The notes under the pieces are model-generated. The model ran no database searches and had not been told where the DNA came from. It saw only the letters and a program-made list of their open reading frames with translations. A stretch of DNA of 64,000 bases from Somniosus microcephalus (lineage: Eukaryota): positions 248,620,001-248,684,000 of the forward strand of contig CM126207.1 of NCBI GenBank assembly GCA_052327205.1, in the 5' to 3' direction. Made by a program: the position numbers and the translations under genes. Each line of letters begins with the position of its first letter. Position 1 is the first letter of the stretch. This document shows positions 24,920 through 35,432 of the stretch, one piece after another.

Positions 24920-25682
24920 GGGGCAGTAATTCCTCCCCAAACGCGTGAGTACGGAAGGGGTACTCACGCGTCTGGCCGGAGGAAATGCTGGTTTTCAGCA
25001 TGCACAGCGCATGCGCTGAAAACCGGCATTTCATCTCCTCTAACCCAAGAGTTGAAGAGGCTAGCGTGTGCGCTGTAGGGGGCAGCGCGTGCGTCTTGGA
25101 TTTCCTCTGTTTTGGGGGATTTGCGCATGTGTAAAGGCCTCCGGTCTTTACGCTTGTAAAAAGCACACGTAAGTATTTATTTTTACAGGTAAGTGGTGTT
25201 TGATTGCAGTTTAGAATTTTTTTTTCCACAGGTTTATTATTTTAAAGAATCTACAATAAGGTAAGTTTAGTTTTAGACCCTTTTTATTAAAAATTTATTT
25301 TTTTCAAAAAAAAATTATTGTTTAAATTATTTTTTTAAACTTATTTATACTTAATTTAATGATTGGGATGTTTTTTAAATTTTTATTTAAAGTTTAAATA
25401 GTGTTTTGGGCCCCTGTAGTTTTCATGAGTTTGACAGTTCTTACTCTCAAACTCATGAATGAAGTTTCCCCTCCCCTGATTGGTTGTACAGTGCTCACCT
25501 GATCCCAGCCGGCACATCGCACTAACTACGCCGCTGGATCAGGTAAGCACTGCGCGCCGACAGCTGAACCGGGCCTGTCACAGGAAATGCAAGCAGGCCC
25601 GGGCTTCAGATGTCAGCGCGCAGGGTGAGTGCAGATCGGGGGCTTGCACGCGCGGCAAGCCCCCGACCCAAATTTCTGGGCC
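24920..25682. mobile_element. Harbinger-type MITE with ATT TSD
   Basis: ATT|GGGGCAGTAATT ... AATTTCTGGGCC|ATT; subterminal hairpins ACGCGTGAGTAC..GTACTCACGCGT and TCGGGGGCTTGC..GCAAGCCCCCGA; AT-rich core. Confidence 0.8.
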
Positions 25683-27369
25683 ATTATTACTTTACATGTC
25701 AACAAATGGGATGCTGTCTCTTCAGAAATGACAGAATTAATATCGACGTAAACTGTAAAACAAGCAAGTACTGTGAAACAGAGGGACAGAAAAAGAGAGA
25801 TCGAAAAGGAAGCTCCGCAGCAACAGCATTTGTTTGGGAGAATGAACATTTCAAAAAGCTGTCATTTCTCATGTATAACACCGACTTCCTTAAGGTTCAA
25901 CGACAGAGAGGCAAATCACTAATAGCTGAGGACAACCAACTGCCGACACATGACCCCACACGTGCCTCACAAGTGGCACAAAACCAAAGAAGGCGAGGTA
26001 ACCGTGATGGAAACAACAGCACCCTCTCAGCTACTCTGCCTCTCCTGTGCCGATTAGACACACAGCACCAGCAACATGTTCAGTGATTGACTCCGTTTCC
26101 TTCCCACCCTCCCATCCCCAAAACCTCTAAATTATGGACGAGCTCCGACATACTCTCTAAATGGTTATTTGACATAAGTTGTAGGTTACAATGTAGTTCT
26201 ACACAATAGTTAATGCAGTACTAATGCATACATTGCCAAGCCTCTCCTGTTAATATGCATACTTGCCTAACAGTAGCTGTTTTATTGTCCTCAGTAATCT
26301 GGCGGAACATGAATTAGGGATTGCAAGGATAAGATACTCAGGTCTGCTGGAACACTAGCATTAGAGCTTTAACTGTACATAAATGCCACTACAATGTTCT
26401 TTATGTCATCTTTATGATGGCCCACGCCTCAAGTGTTGACCCAGCAGCTTCCAGTTTGTGACATGTTCCTGAACTTTAAAACTGAACTGTTAGCATTTAA
26501 GGATTGGGATGTTCAGGCTTAGCATATTAATACTGAATGAATTATGGTTCATTCCAATAAGTGGAGTATTTGCTGAAATAAAATGCACGATTATCAAAAG
26601 GCGATACCTACAATGGGAACAGAGATATACCATCCTTTAACAAATGCTGAACCAGAGCATGAGCTGCTTCAAACAATTTCAGCATTGCACACTTGTGGTA
26701 AGCCACACTAGTTTCCGGAGGTAATAGTAAATTAAATTAGGAAAAAAAACTCCCAGGAATTAAAATGCTGAAAGAAGTTAATGGAGACAAAGATGCAATT
26801 ACATTTATTTGAGTGTCACTTTTGAATGGCTACGGCAAACTTCTAAAATATTTAATATTGTGCTGAAGGTATGGTGTAATCGCACATAAAATAGAAGCAA
26901 ACCAATTACAATGAGCATCTGATACAGTTCTGATATTGTACACAAAGCAATTCTACTGGAAATTGCATAAAGGGGAACTATCCCTGCTCACCGAAAACAG
27001 AATGCTGGGATTGTCAAAACTCAACATCTCGCAAATTAAAGACTAAATACTCAAAATTTAAAGGGTCATGTTTGGCAAGTCTAACTATTGTCAATGCTCC
27101 ACTGATACTTACAGCTATCCTTTCTTTAAAGCAGTATAAAACTACCTATGTTTTATATATTTAGATTGGTACAAATGGCTGTGCAGACTTCACTATTTGA
27201 GTAACACTCGTGAACAAACTCCCCATTTTCACTCATCTCCTGGAACAATGCAAGGCCTCTTTATAACAAAAGCTACATAATTAAAAACTGATCAGCAACA
27301 CAGCTCCTAACATTGGTTATGACAGCTCAGTATGAAGCTGAACTTAATAATTCAAACAATCCTGCACGC

Positions 27370-27700
27370 TCTGTTACCTTGCCCAAGTGGCTAGTCTTCA
27401 TGTGTGAGCATAGTCAGTGAATGTCAGCAGGCTATTTGACTGTGGAGGGCTTCATAGTCGAGCTCAATCCTTTTTTCACGCAATGTCCATTCACACGTAC
27501 TCACCCATAGGGGACATAAGACGGTGGTCAGGAGTGAGAACTCTGATGGACTTTTCCCTCGTTAGCCAGAGGCACCTAAGTAGTGGCCTGGCCATCACCT
27601 TGACTGAGACAAGCTAACCCAGCACAAACCGAGCACCAAAACTGGGACTTAATGCTCTGTAGGACTTAGTAGAACAACAGGCAGTGCATTTTCGCACTAA
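27370..27700 (-). mobile_element. Ancient SINE-like repeat (family X)
   Basis: Colinear with 31190-31460 (TCTTCATGTGT..., TCAGGAGT..AAC.CTG, CCAGAGGCAC, CCAGCACAAAC). Confidence 0.55.
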
Positions 27701-30264
27701 TTTAATTATTTCCCTCGTGTTACTTGTGTGTAATTATTTGGTTTCTGAAGTAGCTGATCAATAGTTAGTTGATTGTGAAGTTCTAAAAGGGAGGTGAGGT
27801 TTGTTGGTGCAGGGAGATCGCAGTTCTGAATGGTGCAATGTCATCATTTTCCCAGTGACCATTGCAGTAAATCAAGGTCAACATGGTTAAAAAATGGGAT
27901 CAAGAGGTTCTATCTGTAGTCATATATTGATTACTTGGGGCTTAGTGACAGGCTGGGCTCATAGCTGACCAGCTGAAATTTTCAGATTTGATAATCAGTT
28001 ATTAATAGAAACTTTAAAAAAAATGAGGATTGATCTGAAGAATGTCCCATTTTTGAGAAGTGAGGATGGTTGGAAAGTTGCGCATTTTCTCACAGCACAG
28101 GTTTCTGCAGGAGTACATACATTTTTATCTAAACCTAACAGAAATGACAGGGGTGTGTGCGTGTTTCTTCTTTTTTGGCCATTCTTTCTCGCGCTTGTTC
28201 TTCCTTTCTATTCTTAATTTTGTCATCTCCCAAAACTTAAAACGGGTTCCAAATTCAAAGTTCAAAATAAATTGCTGTTTGTTTGCTGGACAGGCAGCAG
28301 TCAGAATCCCAGAGTTTATTCTCCATTTTGCCCCCCCCCCCCCCGGTTTTCAGCCTTTAGTTTATGAACATTTCTTTTCCAGCAGAAAAGAATTGTTTCC
28401 ATTGACAGTTATAGCTGCTGGCAAAAAATTTACTGCCTATAAAATCTTTTAATTCTGTCCCGAGTGATAGGAAACGTGACTTTTTATCTCCATCACATGT
28501 CACTGGGTTTGATGCCACCAGTTATGTCACAACAGATTTCTGTTTATAAATTTGGGACACATCATTAAACCAGCCTGTTTCTTTTCCATAGCTCATAAAA
28601 AATCAAGGGGAAAAAAAAACAGAAGAGGAGCCTATGCGTAAGTTATGAAGTAAACCAGCTAGAAAATACAGACAAGTTGCCTGTTCTGTAATGAAAAGCT
28701 GATGCTCGCTCTTAGTGTGCTGTAGAGCCTTTAATAAACTAAGTATTTGGCTTCACTAACCACAAAGGTAAGGGTTGCTGTGTGATACTTTTATTAGGAA
28801 TCACCCGCCGGCACTGGCACGCATCAGAAAGAAGTTCAACAGAACAGAAAGTCAGACAGTAAGATGCTTGCCAACTTTGTTTCGTGTTATGTTATGTCAC
28901 CACTTGATGACATGCTAACAACATGGCCCATCACAACTTCAGACATCTGCCAGACACAACTGGAATATGTACAATTACGCATTTTCTGCTGCTTCCAAGT
29001 TAGTTCAATTGAATAAGTGTCAGGTTCTGCAGTTTGGCTAGGATCACTGTCCAGCCATAGTAAACAACTGGTTAAAATAAGTTACATTTGTTAGAGGCAT
29101 GATATGGAAATGCTTGAAAAGTTCTGGGTATCGCCAGTTAGTGCTGTTCAAGCTGTTTTTTAAATAGCTTTGAGCCATCTACGTGGACCAAACGAAAAGG
29201 GATGCATTCCTTTAAATATGACTAAGTGGTGTTGTCTCCACTGAGGCCCTGTTATCAGCATGGGTTGCAATTTAACTCTGTTTTATGAACTAGCTGTTAG
29301 TTTGATTCAAGTCAGATCAAATCATCAGCCAGGGACTACCAAACCAGAAGTGTTGACCTTCATGCTCCAAGTACAGTTTATCATAGATTTACTAGCCTAC
29401 TGAAAGGGGCTGAACACAGAGGACCAGACTCCTGAAACATTAATCCACACCACTTCGCCTGTCAATATCAAAATGGATGTGAGGTTAATTAATTTAAAAG
29501 AGCCAGAGATATTACACATTGAGTAGAATGAACTGTGTGAACTCATTTTTATATTTCAACGCCAACGACAAGTGTCTTCCTTTAGGTCACCAGACCATCG
29601 AAACCTTCAGTTACCTGGATTCAGAGCTAAAAAGTGAGCATTTTTATTTTAAAGGAATAGTTTCCTGGATTTTTTGGTTCATATAAATCTCGATTTTTAT
29701 AGCTATCTAAACCAAATCTACACAGTATTATCCATTACTTATCTCAGGTTCAACTTGCTTACTTCTTACCCCAAACTGCACTCTCTTGCAGGCTGCTTGG
29801 GCATTCCATCCTTCTTAGGCTGAATGCATCTCCATGCACAAATATCTCAAAATAAAATTCTTTCTTTATTTTACTACTTTCGTTTTGTTTGCCAGGTTCT
29901 TACACTGCTGCCACATACCAGGGATACTTCCTCCTTCAGCTGGAAGGGCCAGATGACTTGGATACAGCAACAATCAATCGAGGCTCATGACAATTTAAGA
30001 GGAGGCAAGCGTCTACGGCACAGGGCTGGTCCCATGTGGACCCTCCTTCAACCAAGGTGCAGCACCCTATGTGCACTAGCCCAGTGGTATCTTTAAATAC
30101 ATAACTCTCTCTCTATGCCTCGTGGCATTGACTGCAGTAGATCGGAAGCAAGCGGTAGCCAGGTGCAGGCAGCGCACGTCAACCCAAGCACCCCACCCAC
30201 CCACCCGCCCCTTCAACCACCGTCTGCCCCACCTGTGACAGAGACTGTAGATCCCACATTTTTA

Positions 30265-30312
30265 ATGTGGAAGCAAGTCATCCTCGGTTCCGAGGGACTG
30301 CCTAAGAAGAAG
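30265..30312 (+). mobile_element. RTE-clade LINE 3' terminus
   Basis: GTGGAAGCAAGTCATCCTCGGTTCCGAGGGACTGCCT followed by an (AAG)n tail, with a CCTCGG/CCGAGG hairpin; resembles RTE 3' ends as recalled. Upstream 29985-30260 may belong to the same insertion. Confidence 0.55.
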
Positions 30313-31189
30313 TAGTAGATCTGACCCTGAATGCGAGCAGATGTACTGAGTATGTGCCTTCATTTTACTTGATCTCCAATTTTTTCCCCCCATTCTGTGG
30401 AGAATCACCTTACCTTTGACCTACACCTTTGCCACAGGTAAGATTAGAAATTCAGCAGGTGGTGACTCAGCCCGTCACCGTTACACCCCTCCGTTGCTCA
30501 TATTGAACACCATCGCCCTCCTTATTATTTCTGCTCTTACAAATACTGTGGCAGCATAAATCACAAATGTCACCAGCCACAATTGGATAAACACTGATCC
30601 ATTACCCGAAACCCTGGCCAATTTTTGTTATACTGCTTTGGTCATGTTGTTGGATAACCCCCGGAGATGTTGGCTAATCAGATCTATTCTCGTCAACCAG
30701 CGAGCACCATAATGGAAGCACCTGCAAAGATAATCTTATGGGCGTTGGACTGATCAACAATATCATACAGAACAGAAGCACCTGGCTTGTTTCAGAGTCC
30801 ACTACGATTTAGCAGTCATGTGGAATTGATCAATTGATTGAACCGATCTCTGGACATTCCTGATATTGAGTAGGTAGAAGCCACTACCTTCCCTACTAAA
30901 AGTTTCTTGATTAGACATTGGTCTCAGTATGATCGCACTGTTTTTACCATGTGGAAATCTCTGCGACAAAAATTGTCTGCTTTCATTGTCAGATGTTAAA
31001 AATATTTGTTAAAACAACTATTGGCTTTCGGAATGCATCAGCTGAGGAAGGCTGACTTCACACACATGCCTTGTGAGATTTAAAAGTTACATTTTGTACT
31101 ATATGAACTCAATGAAAATACTGAGGTTATTTCTGGGCTATATTTTATCCTTTCTGAATTTGGAAACTCCTTGCCGGGATACAACATCT

Positions 31190-31460
31190 CACCTAAGTAA
31201 CCATTCTTCATGTGTAAGTCTACACAGTGAGTGCTAACACACTGCTCAGCTGTGCATCACGATGAAGCCTGACATCCACCTGGCAGCCACCCATCTACTT
31301 TCTACTGGATAGCGATCAGGAGTAGAAACCCTGGCTCACTTTCCCCTCTTGAACCCAGAGGCACTGAGGCCAATTGTACTTTCCCTATCACCATCTGGGC
31401 TATAAGCAGCTGCTCCAGCACAAACTGGTCACTGAACCAGGAAACAGCTAGTGGATTTGC
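31190..31460 (-). mobile_element. Ancient SINE-like repeat (family X)
   Basis: Colinear with 27370-27700. Confidence 0.55.
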
Positions 31461-31552
31461 TCAGTTATAAAAACTCCAATACAGAGTCTATATTTAGGGG
31501 AGAAAAAAAGCACCATTTTAATTACAGAAACTTTGAACTGTTCGAGTAGTAG

Positions 31553-31970
31553 ATCAGCCTTGAATCAGTGGTAGCATTTTCGACTCTGAGTCAGCAGGTT
31601 GTGGGTTCAAGTCACACTCCGGAGACTTGCGCGCATATCCAGGCTAACACTTCAGTGCAATACTCAGGGAGTGCTGCACTGTTGCAGGTACCATCTTTTG
31701 GACGAGACATTAAATGGAGGCCCTGTCTGCCCTCTCAGATGAACGCAAAAGTTCCCAAGGCACTATCGGAAGAAGAGCAGGTGAGTGCTCCCGGTATCCT
31801 GGCCAACATTAATCTGGTCATTTATTTCATTGCTGTTTGTGGGAGCTTGCTGTTTGCAAATTGGCTGCTGCATTTCCTAGATTACAACAGTGACTGCACT
31901 TCAAAAGTACTGGCTGCAAAGCGCTTTGGGGCATCCTGAGGTCATGAAAGGTGCTATATAAAATCTTTCT
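31553..31970 (+). mobile_element. tRNA-headed Deu-domain SINE with L2-like tail
   Basis: CAGTGGTAGCA...GGTTGTGGGTTCAAGTC (A/B boxes); GGGAGTGCTGCACTGT Deu block; tail TGAAAGGTGCTATATAAA matches the L2 3' end at ~61420. Confidence 0.85.
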
Positions 31971-33347
31971 TACTAGACTTTCTCGCTGGGATGCATCATT
32001 TTACTGAACACTACAAGTTGTTAAATTAATTCGAGAGTTAACTATTATACAGGGGAAAGTTAACAACAGGTAGCAAACTCCTGAGTGTCAGTGGCATTTC
32101 CTGAATAAACTAGCCACAACCTTAACATTGTTGGCTCTCGTGGTCCATTATGGGCAGCAGAACAAAACAAGAGTAGAGTAGGTACAGGAACTATGTCATT
32201 AAATGGATCACAATGAAATCCATACCAACACAGGGACTAGTAATCACGGTGCTATAAAGCCCCTGCAACACTCAGTGCCGATGGTACAATTCAGATTGGG
32301 TCCTCTGCAGACTCGATGTTGGCATGCCGCCCAGATGTTGGTGCAACTAATAGGCATTAGAGGTTAAAGTACCTTTACAAATTGGATTTAAAGTCAGTTT
32401 ATTTAACCATTATTACATCTGGATCAAAAAAGACAAACCAGATCTAATGGGAACAAATAGTAAGAATGTATCATGTAACCTGGAATATCACCACTCCAGT
32501 GATTGTTTTCGCACCCAACAGCACTTTGTAGAAAAGTTATCACCGGGTGCTAATAACCCCTATATGTGCCTGCCTCCTTGTTGGCTGTTACCTGATCAGT
32601 GCAGTAATGACTGGATATTATAACCAGAGCGAGGAACTCTGTTTCTTTAACAGGCAGATGGATTACCCACTTATCAAATTTGATAGCCTATCAAAAATAC
32701 TTGGAAGTGGAGTTCAGCAAAGAAAGAGCGAAGTCAGCAAATGTTCTTTTCATGGCAGATGTACTTCTAAAGTTAGCAGCACTTTGCATGTGGGGGTAAA
32801 GCTTTTAATAAACACTTTAAAGGGGAGAAGTATCAACCCATCTGTGATTCTGATGGTGAATTTTTAGTGTATGGCTGCTCCTGTCACAAATTCCTAGATT
32901 TGAAGAAATGTTCTGTTCCAGGCAATCTCGGCCTTCACATTGGGCTACTGCAGAAACTCGCGCCCACTTAACAAGAATGTCGAAGTAGCCACCTGAAGGG
33001 CTGCACCAGCCGCCTAAAGGGCTTCCGTCTGAAATGAAAAGGGAAGGGGGTTGAAGTTGCACACTATCACTGCTCCATGGTGAGTTTCCCAGTGCCACAG
33101 GCCAAATATATGGCTGCTGCCATTTTCGGTGATGCTGCAGGCATTGAGCCAAAGGAGGGTTGTCTTGTTTGGCACTTAGAGGCATTCTCCCCAGATGAGA
33201 GTTGTCTGAAACAACAACAACATTTGTATAGCGCCTTTAACATAGTAACCCATCCCAAGGTGCTTCACAGGAGTGTCATCAAACAAAATCTGACACAGAA
33301 GGAGATAAACTTGGGAAACGAGGTAGATTTTAAGGAGGGGAGGTACA

Positions 33348-35028
33348 GGCCGCGATTTTGCTGACCGTGGCGGGCGAAGTCGATGGCGGGTCACAGCCTC
33401 GCTGCCAGCTCCATCCCGCTCGGTGAAATGATTTTCCCTTGATTGGGCTTGTTAAGCCCGCCCAGCGCTTTTGCCGGCCAATTAGGGGAAGTGGGTCTGG
33501 TGACATCATTTCACGACGCGGCATCAGTCGGTTTCCTTAAAGGGACCATGGCCAACTTTCTTTTGACATTTGTGCTGTCACTGTGCGGCAAACATGGGCA
33601 ATGACTGCACAGAGGCACAGGGCTGCACCCAGGCTCTCCCATGGCTCCCTCCATATGCTTATGGATGGGGTCACAGCACACAGGGAGGTTCTCTTCCCTT
33701 CCCATTGGTGGAAGACACCTCCCCAGGAGAACAACACAGCCTGGTTGCACATTGCAAAGGAGGGCACAAGCAGGGATGTGGTCAGGAGGACCTGGGTGCA
33801 GTGGCGCAAACCTTTCAATGATCTCAGTAGATCACGAAATGTTAGTACAAAGCCACACTCACCTTCACCCTGCTGTGCCACTCATCACATCCCCATCACT
33901 CTGCTTTCCCTACCCTGCTCCTGCACATCCAACGCCAACTTATCTTGCACCTCCATCCATCTCTCTCTATCTACATTATCTCTTCCCCATCTCACGAGCC
34001 ACCCCTCACACGCACCCTCATCCTAGTGCAATTATACCAACAAACAACATACAAGGGTAGGCACTTGGGTGCTTTATGCAATGTTTATGTAACGTTTCTG
34101 TTAATGTGGTGTCAAACATTGAAACCTTTATTTTCAACACTTTGCATTCTTGGTCAGATCTATGTGCACCTTTGGAAGTGGCTTAGTGAGTTGCAGTGAA
34201 TGATGAGACATAACGGTACCCCCTGCAATGGTAATGAATGTGAAAGGAATGGCTTGGGCATTGTAGGGATGCATTATGGTGTTGGTGTGGGGTGGTGCCA
34301 ACCTGGCGCATCATGTGGCAGCCAGGGTGTACAGCATCAAGTGAAGTAAATCTGGCCATGGTGAGGCCACCCCTGGCGTCCCGGGCAGCAATGTGGTCGG
34401 GTGCTGATGCCCTGTGTCCTGTGCAGCATCAGTTGATTGCGGAGAAGGCTGATGTGGTTGTTGGTGCTGCTGGTGTTGTGGCTGATTGTGGTGGAATTTT
34501 GAGGACAAAGCTGAGAGAGTGCAAAGGGCACCCCTGCTGATGGAATAGATGGCAGGTGATGTAGCGATGACAGAAGTGATCTGTCAATGGTGGGAGAGGT
34601 AATGAAGTCAGACTGGATGGAGACTTGTGTAAAGACCTGCAGCATGGTGCATCTGTTGTGGAAATGTAGTGAGGAATAGCTTGTGGCTGAGGGAAGATAT
34701 CTCTGTGAGGTGGGAGCTTTTACTTTACATTTGAAGCTGTCAACTCAACAGTTGATTCAATGGCCACTGAACTCCCATCTCAGCTTTGACAGATGTGGTC
34801 CACGACCAGCGTGGACCGTGGGCGAGCAGTTAAGTGCAAAAGGTAAGCTGAAAATCATTCTTACATGGCTCTAAACAAGCCACTGAATACCTGAATTGGG
34901 TCGCCTGCTGCTGCCTGTCGGGTCTTCTCAGCGCTGACAGACACGACATTGGAAAAGGTGCGTGGGAGCGAGTTTCCCACCCGACCCGCCACCAATCCCG
35001 CCCGCTGACCCCCCGGAAAATTCCGGCC
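33348..35028 (-). mobile_element. Non-autonomous PIF/Harbinger-derived element, copy B (complete, ACA TSD)
   Basis: ACA|GGCCGCGATTTT ... AAAATTCCGGCC|ACA; 1681 bp; reverse orientation relative to copies A and C. Confidence 0.9.
33601..33840 (+). pseudogene. Myb/SANT-like DNA-binding domain exon of the Harbinger accessory gene (open in this copy)
   Basis: 80 uninterrupted codons from ATG 33601: MTAQRHRAAPRLSHGSLHMLMDGVTAHREVLFP...AWLHIAKEGTSRDVVRRTWVQWRKPFNDLSRSRN, matching the APRF..L..L..V...LF...W..IA..V....RT..Q.RK.FNDL pattern; followed by the donor-like GTTAGT at 33841. Confidence 0.7.
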
Positions 35029-35273
35029 ACAGATTCGGAGAGGCCTAGGGAGGGAATTAGGACCCAGGCAGCTGAAGGCATGGGCGCCAATGGTGGAGTG
35101 AATAAAATCGAGATTGCGCAAGAGGCCAGAATTGGAGGAGCGAATCTTGAAGGGCTGTAGGAATGGAGGAAGTTACAGAGAGAGGGAGGGGCAAGGCCAT
35201 AGAGGGATTTGAAAACAAGGATTAGAATTTTAAAATTGATGCATTGCCAGACTGGGCACCAATGTAGGTCTGC

Positions 35274-35432
35274 GAGCACAGGGGGTGATGGGTGAACGGG
35301 ACTGGGTGTGAGTTAGGACACGGGGCAGTGAGCACAGGGGGTGATGGGTGAATGGGACTGGGTGTGAGTTAGGACACGGGGCAGTGAGCACAGATGTGAT
35401 GGGTGAATGGGACTTGGTGCTAGTTACGATAC
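35274..35432. repeat. 56-bp tandem repeat (~2.8 copies) inside the L2 fragment
   Basis: GAGCACAGGGGGTGATGGGTGAA(C/T)GGGACTGGGTGTGAGTTAGGACACGGGGCAGT units starting at 35274, 35330 and 35386 (third unit diverged). Confidence 0.9.

Noticed and set aside
31560-31625. tRNA genes at the SINE heads (also 20600, 52520, 63943)
   Set aside because: A/B boxes are present, but there is no full cloverleaf and, where visible, they continue into SINE bodies.
35274-35432. 56-bp repeats as a CRISPR-like array
   Set aside because: Head-to-tail units with no unique spacers, inside an L2 fragment of a eukaryotic genome.
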